Of a DNA stretch of 64,000 nt, positions 39,807-50,563 are shown in pieces. Where the stretch lies: IMG/VR virus record IMGVR_UViG_3300018489_000278. One strand, given 5' to 3'. The notes below the pieces were generated by a model, which had not been told where the DNA came from, made no database searches, and saw only the letters and a list, made by a program, of their open reading frames with translations. A program made the translations under genes and the position numbers. This DNA is from a virus. Its lineage: Duplodnaviria; Heunggongvirae; Uroviricota; Caudoviricetes. Each line of letters begins with the position of its first letter. Within the stretch, counting starts at the first letter, position 1.

Positions 39807-39882
39807 ATGAAAGATATGATACAAGCTCAGTTGTTAGTATATTCATCAGCGTTTAAAGAAGTTTTTGTAGAAATCGTAAATT

Positions 39883-41082
39883 ATGAATTATAAGGAGGCG
39901 TACACAATGAGACAAATGAGTAGAATTGCTTTACCACCAATAAAGTTAGACGATGACTTTATTGTATCACATGACTTTATAAGCGAATACGAAACATCAT
40001 ATAATGTTGTTAGGTATTCTTTTTATGTTCCTATTCTCCAGTATTCAGATAGAGAATATCTTGTTATCCCAGAATTAGATAATAAATTGCCTGGGCATTC
40101 TTTGTTAATTGATTTTGGAGAAGATAATGGCCGTGAGAGTATTCTTTCTACAGCATACAGAGACAGAAAAGTATTTTTAATCGATTCTGACTATTATTAT
40201 AAAGCCGAATTTATGAGGTCTTTCCCTACTTATCAATCTGCTACAAAAAACATGAAGGATGTTGCAGAACAGGTAAAGAATAAAGTTACCTCATTATATT
40301 CCTCTGCTGTTTCTGATATGATTGTTCCTCCTCAAAAAATTGAGATTGGAGGCAGTAAAAGTTATTTGTATACAACTTTTGCTGATGGTACAAAAAATAA
40401 GTTTGTAAGTAGGTTTTATTATTTGCCTTACCACTATAGGTCATCTATTTATCGTAATGTTGAAAATGGATATGGAGGTTTTTTGCATAAACTTACAAAA
40501 GATCCTAACTTTAAGTATGTAGGCATAAGAAAGAGCAACAACGGAGTTAAACAGTATTATGTTGTAATGATACAAGAAAGTATTGATAAAGCTCTATCTT
40601 ATGTAGATATTAAGTCTTTTTATCAAAATAAAGCCAAAGAAGATATAGAAGCAATCCAAAATGGTTATAAACATGCGATGGAGTCTTTTGCAAAAGAAAA
40701 AGAAGATAAGAAGGATTTTACTGTTCATAACATATTTGGAGATATACAATATACAGCCGTAACTACTTATTCGTATCTTGAAAATGAAGATCGGTGGCAC
40801 ATGAAAGCATCAGTTCGTCTTTTTGTTCCTTCCAATTCTGCTATTTCAGATCTTTTTGTTAACGCAATGGAAACTATCGGATTTAAAAATGCTAGTAATC
40901 CTGCATACTCAGTAAATATTGATGGCCAACCTATGGATATTCATTATATCAATATAGGGTCTGTTGATACAAATACAATAGAAGATGGAGAAACAAAGGC
41001 TATGGAGTTTATTAATAAGTTTCATTCAGCGGTACAAAAATCAGTTATGTTAGCTATGCAAACAAGACGAGTAGAAAGATAA
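39883..41082 (+). CDS. Family A paralog 8 (divergent)
   Basis: MIVPPQKIEIGGSKSYLYTTF...SRFYYLPYH and DRWHMKASVRLFVPS. Confidence 0.45.
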   Translation: MNYKEAYTMRQMSRIALPPIKLDDDFIVSHDFISEYETSYNVVRYSFYVPILQYSDREYLVIPELDNKLPGHSLLIDFGEDNGRESILSTAYRDRKVFLIDSDYYYKAEFMRSFPTYQSATKNMKDVAEQVKNKVTSLYSSAVSDMIVPPQKIEIGGSKSYLYTTFADGTKNKFVSRFYYLPYHYRSSIYRNVENGYGGFLHKLTKDPNFKYVGIRKSNNGVKQYYVVMIQESIDKALSYVDIKSFYQNKAKEDIEAIQNGYKHAMESFAKEKEDKKDFTVHNIFGDIQYTAVTTYSYLENEDRWHMKASVRLFVPSNSAISDLFVNAMETIGFKNASNPAYSVNIDGQPMDIHYINIGSVDTNTIEDGETKAMEFINKFHSAVQKSVMLAMQTRRVER

Positions 41083-41093
41083 AGGAGGTAATA

Positions 41094-41711
41094 ATGGTAA
41101 AAGTTCAGTTATTAGCGTATTCGCCAGAACCTGAAAAACTTGTTGCAAGAGCAATGAGACAATCAAGGTATTCAGGTAGTGTAACAGATTTAGAGTTGAA
41201 AGAAGAAGACACTAAAAGGTTAATTGAGCTTGCACTTCAATTAGGTCATCTTTCCGTATTTGAGCATGCAGTTTTTACATTTGCAATTTCTGGTATTTCA
41301 AGAAGTTGTTCTCATCAGTTTGTAAGACATAGGTTATTTTCTTTTACACAGCAGAGTCAAAGGTATGTTAAATTAAGAGATAAGGACGCTTTTGTCGTGC
41401 CACCTTCAATAAAGGAGAACGAAGAAGCGACAAGATTATATGAAAAAGAGCTACAGAATATCTTTGACACATACCAAAAGCTTTTATCTTTAAAAGTACC
41501 CGAAGAAGATGCCCGTTTTATACTACCTAATGCAACTGAAACAAAAATCGTTGCTACAGCGAATGCAAGAGAACTGATGCACTTCTTTAAGCTTAGAATG
41601 GATAAGAATGCTCAGTGGGAGATAAGAGAACTCGCTATGAAGATGTTTGAGTTGGTAAACATAGTAGCACCTAATATTTTTAATAAAGAAAATCTTGAAA
41701 AATTTGAATAA
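41094..41711 (+). CDS. thyX: FAD-dependent thymidylate synthase
   Basis: FEHAVFTF ... SRSCSHQFVRHRLFSFTQQSQRY is the ThyX RHRxxSxxxxSxRY signature. Confidence 0.8.
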   Translation: MVKVQLLAYSPEPEKLVARAMRQSRYSGSVTDLELKEEDTKRLIELALQLGHLSVFEHAVFTFAISGISRSCSHQFVRHRLFSFTQQSQRYVKLRDKDAFVVPPSIKENEEATRLYEKELQNIFDTYQKLLSLKVPEEDARFILPNATETKIVATANARELMHFFKLRMDKNAQWEIRELAMKMFELVNIVAPNIFNKENLEKFE

Positions 41712-41792
41712 TAGCATATTCTGGTTATAATATATTAGGAGACCATGATGAAAAAGTGGTTGAAGAATATGAGTGAGAGTGAGGTGTGAAGT

Positions 41793-42074
41793 ATGAGAGT
41801 AGAGATAAGTATAGAATCATTAGACAAAAGAGACAATTCTCATTTTTATGAGATCTCTTTCCGTATCGATAATATCAATAATATAAACACCGATCATCTT
41901 TCGCACATGTGCGAAGAAATGGTTACCAAGAATTTTATGTGTGAGATAAAGGGCAATACACTGTTTGCTTATCGTTATTATAAAGAGTCAGAAATAACAA
42001 AATTAAAAAAGATACTAGTTTTATTTTATCTTTGTTATATAAAAGTAAAAAAAAGAGTGATAAAGCGGGGGTGA
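41793..42074 (+). CDS. Small hypothetical protein (93 aa)
   Basis: Coupled ORF. Confidence 0.25.
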   Translation: MRVEISIESLDKRDNSHFYEISFRIDNINNINTDHLSHMCEEMVTKNFMCEIKGNTLFAYRYYKESEITKLKKILVLFYLCYIKVKKRVIKRG

Positions 42075-42078
42075 AGGC

Positions 42079-42432
42079 ATGATACATAACGTTCGTGTAG
42101 CAAATGAAGTAAGTTTAACAGATGAAAATCCTCAGAGAAGTCAGTACTTTACATTAAAGGTAAATTTCGATGAACTTGACACTATTCCTAAAAAGTTATT
42201 TAATCAGTTTACAGATGAGGTTGTTAGTATATTTGGAGATAAACTTGATATGGGGTTGGATGAAGATCCTGAAAATGAATATGATAATTCTATCATCCAT
42301 TTTGTAAAAACTTACAGTGCAGATGAGATACAAGAATTAGTTGCTGACATAGACGTGGCGATTAAAGAAAGTAAGAGAATTGCGCAGAAGTATAACGCAT
42401 ATGTTCAAAAAAATAATGAGCAAACAAGATAG
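42079..42432 (+). CDS. Small hypothetical protein (117 aa)
   Basis: Coupled ORF. Confidence 0.25.
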   Translation: MIHNVRVANEVSLTDENPQRSQYFTLKVNFDELDTIPKKLFNQFTDEVVSIFGDKLDMGLDEDPENEYDNSIIHFVKTYSADEIQELVADIDVAIKESKRIAQKYNAYVQKNNEQTR

Positions 42433-42441
42433 GAGGATAAA

Positions 42442-42925
42442 ATGGAGTTAACAACAGAAAATATAGAAAAGATTGCAACCTATATATACGACATTGCAAG
42501 AGAGTATTTATCACTCGATCCAGAATACAAAATAGATATATTTATTAAAGGTGGAGAATTAGAGCATTCAGATCCTGTTCCTATTAGCCAGAATGTATTA
42601 TATCCTAAAGGTGCAGAGGTTATCTATACATTAGAAGGTTCTTTTTTGAGAACACTATTAAAAACACAGATAGAAGAAAAGTTGTTGCAATTTATCTTGG
42701 AGAAAAAGGTACTTTACCAGTTGCTTTAGAGAAGAAAATAAACGAGAACCGTAAAAAGCTTATTGAATATGCTGAAGGGACTAAAGATTTTAAAGAGATT
42801 TCGCCAGAAGCACAAAATACAGTTGATGAGCTATTTGTTCATTTTATGCTTGATAAATTATACAACGAGGTTTATGGAGATTTGACTGACATAGTTTATG
42901 AGAAAAATTACGAAGAAAGATAAAA
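42442..42925 (+). CDS. Small hypothetical protein, probable frame change near 42700
   Basis: The 42442 ORF ends at 42729 but the adjacent frame continues to 42925. Confidence 0.25.
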
Positions 42926-42928
42926 GAG

Positions 42929-43237
42929 GTGATAGGTATGGTAAAGGAACGAATAACATTAACTCAAGAAGAGGAAAAAGGCGTACCTTATTTTGATTTA
43001 GAGGTCATCATATCAGGATGCAAGAATTTGCCACAAAACAAAAGAGAAGATGTGATATCTACAATCACCAATATTTCATTAAGCCAAAGAGACAGTAGAG
43101 ACAGCGACAAAATGATTTTTGGTAGAAGGTTTTCAGAACAACAGTACGATAATGCAGTAAACAATTTTTATAGAGCAATTATTGTTGTGGAACAGTTAGT
43201 TCAGGATTTGAATTATGAATTGAGTATAGAGAGGTAA
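42929..43237 (+). CDS. Small hypothetical protein (102 aa)
   Basis: Coupled ORF. Confidence 0.25.
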   Translation: MIGMVKERITLTQEEEKGVPYFDLEVIISGCKNLPQNKREDVISTITNISLSQRDSRDSDKMIFGRRFSEQQYDNAVNNFYRAIIVVEQLVQDLNYELSIER

Positions 43238-43241
43238 CACT

Positions 43242-43487
43242 ATGATAAAAGAAGCGAGATTCAAAGAACTTACAGATGATACAGGTAGAAAACATTACAG
43301 AGTCTCTTTTTTTATCCACGGTGCAGATGAAGAAGCAATAGCTCTTTTGTCTAATAAACTTCGTGGTTTTCTTTGTTTTGATATAGATAGAGATGCTTGC
43401 GAGTTTGCTCGCTTTTTCATTGATGAGAAAGAAGCAAAAAATATCTTTAAAGCTTTATACGATGATTATACAATAAATCAGAGGTGA
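43242..43487 (+). CDS. Small protein, paralog of 44293-44466
   Basis: KHYRVSFFIHGADEEAIALLSNKLRGF aligns with TYSVYTVSLFIDGANSMLDED..LKKLLEEDGF. Confidence 0.3.
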   Translation: MIKEARFKELTDDTGRKHYRVSFFIHGADEEAIALLSNKLRGFLCFDIDRDACEFARFFIDEKEAKNIFKALYDDYTINQR

Positions 43488-43491
43488 AAAA

Positions 43492-43869
43492 ATGGAGAAA
43501 CTGTATCTTCTGAACTCTGGGAATGTTCCTGTTGACTGGGAGCATTATCCTAAGGTAGTTGTCGAAGAAGCAGTAATAAGTAAAGATAGCGTTAAAATGA
43601 TACTCCAGAACACTAAATTTGTAAATGCCGTAGGCCACGAAGCAACTGCAAAGTTTTTAAGTGAATTGCTTGATATAGATATAAAGCCTGTTAGAAGAAA
43701 AGTTCTTCTCGAACCTGGTGATAGAGCAATATGTTTCCAACTGTTAGATAGATTACCTGAAGGTAAAGTTTTGACAGAAGAAGAATTAAGTAAAATTCAG
43801 TACAAATTTATACTTGCATATGTAAAAGAAAAAACTTTGGTGGAAGAGATAGAGGAGAGCGAACGATGA
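43492..43869 (+). CDS. DUF1874-like (STIV B116-like) small phage protein
   Basis: KLYLLNSGNVPVDWEHYP...VNAVGHEATAKFLSELLDIDI...LEPGDRAICFQL; recalled family resemblance, not verified. Confidence 0.35.
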   Translation: MEKLYLLNSGNVPVDWEHYPKVVVEEAVISKDSVKMILQNTKFVNAVGHEATAKFLSELLDIDIKPVRRKVLLEPGDRAICFQLLDRLPEGKVLTEEELSKIQYKFILAYVKEKTLVEEIEESER

Positions 43870-44285
43870 ACCCTGACGCAAATGCATTATTTTATAGTCA
43901 TCAATATATTCTTTCAGATAAAGAAGGAAAACCTGTTAACATTTTTATAGGTCAAAAGATATTTTTTGATAAAGATGAGCAAAGATGGTATGCGGTAGTT
44001 AGCTTTTTTGCGCCTGGTTCAGTTGTTATGGGACAACCAGCATTAGACAACTTTAATGTTAACGAATTCGTGAACGCTATTAGTTATCCGTTAACAGAAC
44101 CATGCGCCCAACTTGTTACTTATAGCACTATTGATGGCAAAACATACCTGCAATATGACACAATGGCTTTTCTCGAGCAGAATTTTGCTGGTTCTATGGC
44201 GAAGCTTAATGAATTTGAGAAAGAAGCATTGCTGAAGTTGGAGAATGAATTAAAGAAGAATTACCATAAAGAACAAGAAAGGTAG
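43866..44285 (+). CDS. Hypothetical protein (139 aa)
   Basis: Overlaps upstream stop (ATGA). Confidence 0.25.
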   Translation: MNPDANALFYSHQYILSDKEGKPVNIFIGQKIFFDKDEQRWYAVVSFFAPGSVVMGQPALDNFNVNEFVNAISYPLTEPCAQLVTYSTIDGKTYLQYDTMAFLEQNFAGSMAKLNEFEKEALLKLENELKKNYHKEQER

Positions 44286-44292
44286 GTGTCTT

Positions 44293-44466
44293 ATGATAAG
44301 AGAAATATTATTAACAGAATCGATTGAAGGTACATATTCAGTGTATACAGTCTCTCTTTTTATTGATGGTGCTAACAGCATGTTAGATGAAGATAAGCAA
44401 AAACTCAAGAAGCTATTAGAAGAAGATGGCTTCCAATATAATGAGCAGTCAAAAGGTAATCTTTGA
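44293..44466 (+). CDS. Small protein (58 aa), paralog of 43242-43487
   Basis: Shared Y-x-V-x-x-x-F-I-x-G-A core with 43242. Confidence 0.3.
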   Translation: MIREILLTESIEGTYSVYTVSLFIDGANSMLDEDKQKLKKLLEEDGFQYNEQSKGNL

Positions 44467-44629
44467 GCGTTATCTTGAAAAGCAGTTAGAAGATCCTGAG
44501 TTTAAAGAAGCATGGGACGCATTAGAACCTGAATATGAAAAAATTAGAAGAGAAATTAAGGAGCAGAACAAGCAACATTGGCTAAAAAAGAAATATTATA
44601 GAAACATAGATAGAGGAGGCAATGGATGA
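44426..44629 (+). CDS. Small hypothetical protein (67 aa)
   Basis: ORF overlapping neighbours. Confidence 0.2.
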   Translation: MASNIMSSQKVIFERYLEKQLEDPEFKEAWDALEPEYEKIRREIKEQNKQHWLKKKYYRNIDRGGNG

Positions 44630-45252
44630 ACTACTTTTTAGTCGAGAAAGTATTAAGAGATTATTCAAAAGATAATTTCAAGAAGGAATATTCTAAAGAC
44701 TTTTTAGACAAAGTATATAACTTATTTTTTAGCAGTTACATTACAACAGATCAAAGAAGAGAGCATGTTGGATACTCGCCTAAACTTATACAGCCAGAAA
44801 TAAGATTCGTAAAAGAGAACGAGAAGAAGATACTTGATTTTATTAAAAAATTAGATAAAGAAAGAGAAGTAGTTAGTAGATCAGTTAAACTTTATGAGAG
44901 TGGCGCAGTATCTTTTATGGGTGGTAAAACTGTTTTGAGATTAAACACTACAGATGATTTCTTTAAGAAAAACAAAGATAAAATAGTTAAATATATCGAT
45001 AGATTTGTGCCTGAGGAAGAAAAACGGAAACACAACGAAAAAATATTCTATCAAAGAGAAGAAACAGAGTATGTATTTGATAAGAATGGTGAAAAAGTTC
45101 CAGCGAAAAAGTTGACTATAGTTGGTAGTTGTGTTTCACAATCATCGCCTAAGCCTGACGCAATTGGTTTATCTGATTTTTTAGTAAAAGAAGTAGTTAA
45201 AGAAATGCAACAAGGGAAATATATTCTTCTAAAGAATTCGAAGAATTGGTAG
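44626..45252 (+). CDS. Hypothetical protein (208 aa)
   Basis: Overlaps upstream stop. Confidence 0.3.
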   Translation: MNYFLVEKVLRDYSKDNFKKEYSKDFLDKVYNLFFSSYITTDQRREHVGYSPKLIQPEIRFVKENEKKILDFIKKLDKEREVVSRSVKLYESGAVSFMGGKTVLRLNTTDDFFKKNKDKIVKYIDRFVPEEEKRKHNEKIFYQREETEYVFDKNGEKVPAKKLTIVGSCVSQSSPKPDAIGLSDFLVKEVVKEMQQGKYILLKNSKNW

Positions 45253-45293
45253 AGAGTATAGGCGAACATAAATTAGATTAGAGGAATAAGGGC

Positions 45294-46106
45294 ATGCAAC
45301 AAAACATATTTTCAGAAACTAAAAGTTATAAAATAGCAGAAAATATAGATGTAGCATTTTCTGTCTCATATGTAGAGACAAGTATAAAGTGGATAGTTGA
45401 CATACGTTGCATGCTCCCTGTAAACGATTCACGAGCACTGATTAGAGAATTATGGAAAGAGGATGAGGATGTGTTCGGTAATGAATTAGAGCCTTTTATT
45501 GGTGAGTTTTTCACAACGGATAACGATTCCTCTTTTCGTGTTGTTTCTAATACTTTCTTTTTTCCTATTGACAGAGATATTACAGATGTTAAAAAAGAAA
45601 TTAATAAAATTATAAATGACATAGTCAATATGCTAAGTCAAGTATATCTTTCAAATATAAGTAGGATTAAAAATGAGATCCATGATAGTAAACAGATTGT
45701 TTTATCAACGCATTCTGACAATAATAACTCTATTGTTATATTAATTAAAAGAGATATTGGTTTTGCCACACTTTTGCATAAGTGGTATCTTGATACTACA
45801 GTGGGTATACCTGCAATAAAGAAAGGCGCTGTTGTATCACTTATTCCTGAGTTTAACAAAATAGGTGATGCGAATATTCGTCAAATTCTGTTTCCCGATA
45901 AGTTAGATGTGGAAGAGAATGTATTGAATACTGAGCAAGGTCTTTTTTGTCTTTTTTATAGTCGTGAATATTTTAAGACATCAGACATAGAAGCAGTAAA
46001 TATAATCAAAGAATATGTTGAAGAAGAAAATCAGAGGATTATTAATTCTCTTGAAGATATAGTTAGAGATTATGTAAGAAAGGTGCAAGAGAATGGAATA
46101 TATTGA
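45294..46106 (+). CDS. Family B paralog 1 (hairpin-LP module family)
   Basis: ENIDVAFSVSYVETSIKWIVDIRCMLPVND and a second module ...TTVGIPAIKKGAVVSLIPE. Confidence 0.5.
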   Translation: MQQNIFSETKSYKIAENIDVAFSVSYVETSIKWIVDIRCMLPVNDSRALIRELWKEDEDVFGNELEPFIGEFFTTDNDSSFRVVSNTFFFPIDRDITDVKKEINKIINDIVNMLSQVYLSNISRIKNEIHDSKQIVLSTHSDNNNSIVILIKRDIGFATLLHKWYLDTTVGIPAIKKGAVVSLIPEFNKIGDANIRQILFPDKLDVEENVLNTEQGLFCLFYSREYFKTSDIEAVNIIKEYVEEENQRIINSLEDIVRDYVRKVQENGIY

Positions 46107-46890
46107 AGAGTATTATACTTATACGATAGATGATAATATAGATGTTCTTTTTAGTGTTCTGTATAAAGATCATGATGTTGAAGTTACAGTATTCTTGCCC
46201 ACAGCAGGGGATGATTCACCTTATTTGAAGTATGAACTATTAGATCCGGGTGTAAAGATTTTCAGAGAAGAACTTGATAACAATTTTGGCAGGCTAACAC
46301 ACATAAAAGTTAAAGCAAATGAAACATCATATTATCTTGCCAGCGATAAGATATTTGAGTTTCCCTCTTATTATGATTTTAATCGAATCAAGAAAGAAGT
46401 TTTGGATATCATAGAAGAGACATTTAATACCATTAAAGGCGTCTATTTACACAATAAACATATGTTAAAGCAAGATTTTTCAACGACTAAATTATTCACA
46501 CTTAAGAACAAAACTGTAGATGGACAAGAAATTCGAGTTTATATTAAGTGGGATGTCTTTTACCATTTATTGCCTAAAATGTGGTATGTTGAACTTTCGA
46601 TATTTTTGCCAGCAGATGAGAAAAGTGGACACGAAAAACCTATTCCTGAATTAAGATGTAAAAATTTATTAGCTCTTGAGAAAAAAATTTTTGATGTTTG
46701 TGACTTAGTAACAACTGAACCCGTATGTATTGGAAATGAGTGGTTCTATGCGTTAGAGAACGAAGCTGCTTATAAAGTAACCGGTAGCGAAGCTGACATG
46801 CGGAAAGAAATAGAAGAGAGAACGACTAAAATTATTAGTATACTTGATAATCTTGTTAAGAAAAACAGATCTGCTATGGTAGAGAGGTGA
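46093..46890 (+). CDS. Family B paralog 2
   Basis: DNIDVLFSVLYKDHDVEVTVFLPTAGDD; KMWYVELSIFLPADEKSG. Confidence 0.5.
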   Translation: MEYIEEYYTYTIDDNIDVLFSVLYKDHDVEVTVFLPTAGDDSPYLKYELLDPGVKIFREELDNNFGRLTHIKVKANETSYYLASDKIFEFPSYYDFNRIKKEVLDIIEETFNTIKGVYLHNKHMLKQDFSTTKLFTLKNKTVDGQEIRVYIKWDVFYHLLPKMWYVELSIFLPADEKSGHEKPIPELRCKNLLALEKKIFDVCDLVTTEPVCIGNEWFYALENEAAYKVTGSEADMRKEIEERTTKIISILDNLVKKNRSAMVER

Positions 46891-46896
46891 GCTTTA

Positions 46897-47694
46897 TTGG
46901 AGAAAGAATATATAATTAGGAATATAGACGATAAAATACAGATCACTTTTGATATTGAGTATAAATTTAATGAAGGTATAGCATATATTCATCTTATATT
47001 ACCTGTAAATAAATCAGGTTTTCTTATTGAAGAGCTACAGAGTAGCAAAGAAAGTGTTTTAGGGAAAAAATTATGGAAAATGTGGGGCAAGGAAGTCTTA
47101 TCAGGATCTAATCACAATAATCGTTTTAGAGAAGTATCTATTCCTTTTTATATACCTAACAACAATATGTTCGTGGCAAAACAAGTTGTTTACGATGCGA
47201 TAGACAGCATCACAAATAAACTTAAGCAGATATCAACAGAAAATAAAAGAGAAATGAGTAAGAACTTCGAAAAAGAAGAAACGATAGTATTAGGCAACAA
47301 AACAGCGAATAACACGATAATACAAATCATATTGAAAGAGTTTTTCTTTTTTGATACTTACGATCGGGAATGGTGCTACATACTACATGTCGGACTACCT
47401 TCAGAAGTGCAACAGGGGAGAATTATCCCAAGCACAAAGATATTAAGAATAGCAGATAAAAATGAAATCCTATCAAAATATCACTTGTTTCTTGATGCTA
47501 ATGCAGATACAGAAACAATTGGGAAGGAGCGATATGTATTCTTGAGAAGCAAAGTTTACTCGTGTGGAAACGATTATAATAAAGCAGTGCAAATTGCAGA
47601 AGAGATAAAAACACAAGTTGTCAATAGCATAGAAAAAGAAGTATTGAAAAACAGAGAACATGATATAATGTTAATAAAGAGTGAGCAGAGGTGA
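46897..47694 (+). CDS. Family B paralog 3
   Basis: DDKIQITFDIEYKFNEGIAYIHLILPVNKSG; REWCYILHVGLPSE. Confidence 0.5.
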   Translation: MEKEYIIRNIDDKIQITFDIEYKFNEGIAYIHLILPVNKSGFLIEELQSSKESVLGKKLWKMWGKEVLSGSNHNNRFREVSIPFYIPNNNMFVAKQVVYDAIDSITNKLKQISTENKREMSKNFEKEETIVLGNKTANNTIIQIILKEFFFFDTYDREWCYILHVGLPSEVQQGRIIPSTKILRIADKNEILSKYHLFLDANADTETIGKERYVFLRSKVYSCGNDYNKAVQIAEEIKTQVVNSIEKEVLKNREHDIMLIKSEQR

Positions 47695-48124
47695 ACTATG
47701 GAGAAGAAATTTTTACAAGGAGATGTCTATGCTTCCTGATGTAGAGACAGTATGGCAAGAAACTTATAGTAAATTGAAAGAGGCATGGGCAGAGGCCAAT
47801 CAAAATAAAACAGATTTCAGTCGGTTTATAGAAGGTATTACTTATGTTCCTAAAGAAAATTTTTCGTTATTGCTTGTTGTAAACCTTCGTTTTTATGATG
47901 ATTATAAAATGAATGGACAGTTGTTAATAAGTCTTAATATGTTACCTAACTTTATTGCTATTAGCGACATAGAATTTTGTCTTCCTTTTATAAACTCAGC
48001 TACTTGCGAGATAACAGATAAGGACCAAATAGAGTTGGTAGAACAGATTTTTAATACTTACCTTATACCTTTTGTCAGAAACGCTATTTATAGAGGAAAA
48101 GAAGATAACGAGCAGGTGATGTGA
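47681..48124 (+). CDS. Hypothetical protein (147 aa), possibly family B-related
   Basis: LLLVVNLRFYDD...LLISLNMLPNF. Confidence 0.3.
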   Translation: MSRGELWRRNFYKEMSMLPDVETVWQETYSKLKEAWAEANQNKTDFSRFIEGITYVPKENFSLLLVVNLRFYDDYKMNGQLLISLNMLPNFIAISDIEFCLPFINSATCEITDKDQIELVEQIFNTYLIPFVRNAIYRGKEDNEQVM

Positions 48125-48125
48125 T

Positions 48126-49312
48126 ATGAAACAAGTGATATTAAAAAATGGTTTGCCTGTAAACTTTGAAATCATTAAGAAAGAAACAGGAGAGACGGTG
48201 GTAGATTTTTCTTTTAATTTTCCGTCAGACGATACATACGAATACTTTAATAATTTATTCCTAGAAGCGAAAAGATCTGATGAGCCACTAACAGAAAAAT
48301 GCAAAGTAAATATCTTTGATAATAGAGCTTATTCGAAATTTCATGAAGATAAGTATGAAGTTTCTATGGAACAGGTAAAAGATTTTATTAAAACGCCAGA
48401 AGAGCTTATAGACGCAATTGTTAATAGGTTAAACAATAATATAGATAAAAGCGTAGCAGAACAGTCTGTATCAAAAACAATTACTTCTTCTTATGTTTTG
48501 TCTTCAAGAGATGTGTCTTTGAATATTCGATTTACTGAAGAATATAAATTCCGATCAGGAACGTGGCAATGCACTATTACTATGTTTTGCCAGAAGAGCC
48601 GGAGCCTCAAAAATGGATTGAACACATGAAGAGAGCAAAATATCTCAATCATTATTTAGTAGATATGTATACGCCGACGCTAATGTGGACATTGTTTTTA
48701 GCTGATTTTTGGGGCCATAGCGATCCTAGTATACCTGGCTATGTTTATGAACATTGTCATTATGAGTTGCAGAAATTGACTATTAATGATTTTGATGTTA
48801 TCAAAAATGGTGTAGATGCAATAAAAAAAGATACGATAGAAAACCTGCAACGAGTTCTTGACAAGAATGTTTTTTATTACGACTGCATACCTGATAAAGT
48901 CACAGAGATTAATATAAATAACAAGAAAATACAAATTAGGAGGAATTTTGAGTATAATTCTTATCGCAATCTGTTTGATGTTAATGTTTATTTTATTGTT
49001 CCTGCAAGACCTGACGGTAGACTAGATCGTGATATTGCTTTTTTAGTAGATAATTTGAGTGACAGTGCTTTTAGGCGTCCTTTAATGGCGGAAGAGATTG
49101 AGTCTAAGGGTGTTTTTTCTAATAAAGATTCTACTCTTACGCTTTATCTTGGTGATTTTGAGTACCAAATGAATAAAATACCTTTTGAATACAGAAAAAG
49201 AGTCAATGGTTTATATGAATATGCAGACATGAGAAGTGAACGCTTTGCGAAACGAATAGAAAGAAAGATACTTAATAGGTATAAACAAAAAATGTTAGAA
49301 GAGGCGAGGTAG
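48126..49312 (+). CDS. Family A/B-related paralog, frame change near 48560
   Basis: 48126-48629 and 48563-49312 overlap in different frames; the junction reads ...KFRSGTWQ / AMHYYYVLPEEP (YYLP signature); later NVYFIVPARPDGRLDRDIAFLV. Confidence 0.4.
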
Positions 49313-49376
49313 AAATGTCATACCAAAAAATGGTATACAGAGATGATGAAAAGATTCCAACGGAGGATAATGAAGA

Positions 49377-50561
49377 ATGAAACAGCCTGATGTTGTAGAA
49401 AAAAGAAAATTGTTGTCAGGTGATGAGGTTTGTTTTTTAGCATTTAAACAGGATTCTTCAAAGTATCGCGTCATGGTATTGCTACCTTTATCGAAAAATG
49501 TAGAGGAGAATTTTGTTAATTTTGTATATCCGGATACACGAGTAAACAGTAGTTTTGATTTTTTATATAACAGAGTGAATAATGTTTCTTTCGAAGGTAA
49601 AGACTATTTTTGTTTTGAAACAGACAAAGAGAAAGCAATTTCTGTCAATTTGTTTAATAACTTCATTGATAGCGTAGTTAATAAATTAGAGAATAATTGG
49701 AAATATAACCAGGCTAAGAAAATGTTTGATCGTGAATATTTAACAAGTTATTATGTTGGAGACGGCGATAAAAAGTATTTTTCCATATTCATAGTAGTTT
49801 TAGTTATAAGCCTAGCGTACAAAAGTGGTTGTTTTCTTTAGAGTTGTTTGTTCCAGAAGCTCCAGATAAAGAAGGCTCTGTTCCTTTTCTTTTAAGGACA
49901 CCTGATACTAATTTTAATCTTTTAAGGATAAAGATTTTTATTCCATTGTTGTCGATGGAGAAAAATATCAACGCGAGACATTAGTTGAAAGATCCAGCGA
50001 TGACATAAAAGAACTTATACAATATAAAGAAGAAATAGAGAAAGATACAGTGGATATGGTTACGAAGGTATACAACTATAATTTAGCGATAGATGATAAA
50101 GTTAAGTTTCTTAACAACAACAATAAACAAACGGTTGATATAGGCAAAGGAATTAGCGTACAATTTGAGAAGAAGTTTTCTTTTAATCCGTTAAAAGACA
50201 GAGTATCTGTTAGTGTTATTTTTTATTTGCCTACGGAGGCAGACGGTACTGTAAAAAAGAGCTAATCAATAAACCTTTACCTACGGTTAATGCAGACTTT
50301 CATAAAATTCACCAAGATAGAGAAACAAAAGAAATATATATTACGGAGAATACAGGGCAATTGGTTCATGGCAATACAAGAAAGATAGATGATTTAAAAT
50401 TTGGTTGTAAACTTTGCAATACAAATAAATTGGATATACAAGAGGCTTTAAAAAGATTAGATGACATGGATCGGACTGCAGACAAAGTAGCTAGTGGTTT
50501 TATTCAAGTTTTAAAGAAGATATATCAAAAAAATACGCAGGCATCGTTAGAGGAAAGATAA
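49377..50561 (+). pseudogene. Family B-like gene(s) broken by several frame changes
   Basis: 49377-49841 frame 0, 49772-49998 frame 2 (LFVPEAPDKEGSVPFLLRTPD), 49918-50265 frame 1 (SVSVIFYLPTEADGTV), 50361-50561 frame 0; all carry family B motifs. Confidence 0.35.
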
Positions 50562-50563
50562 TT

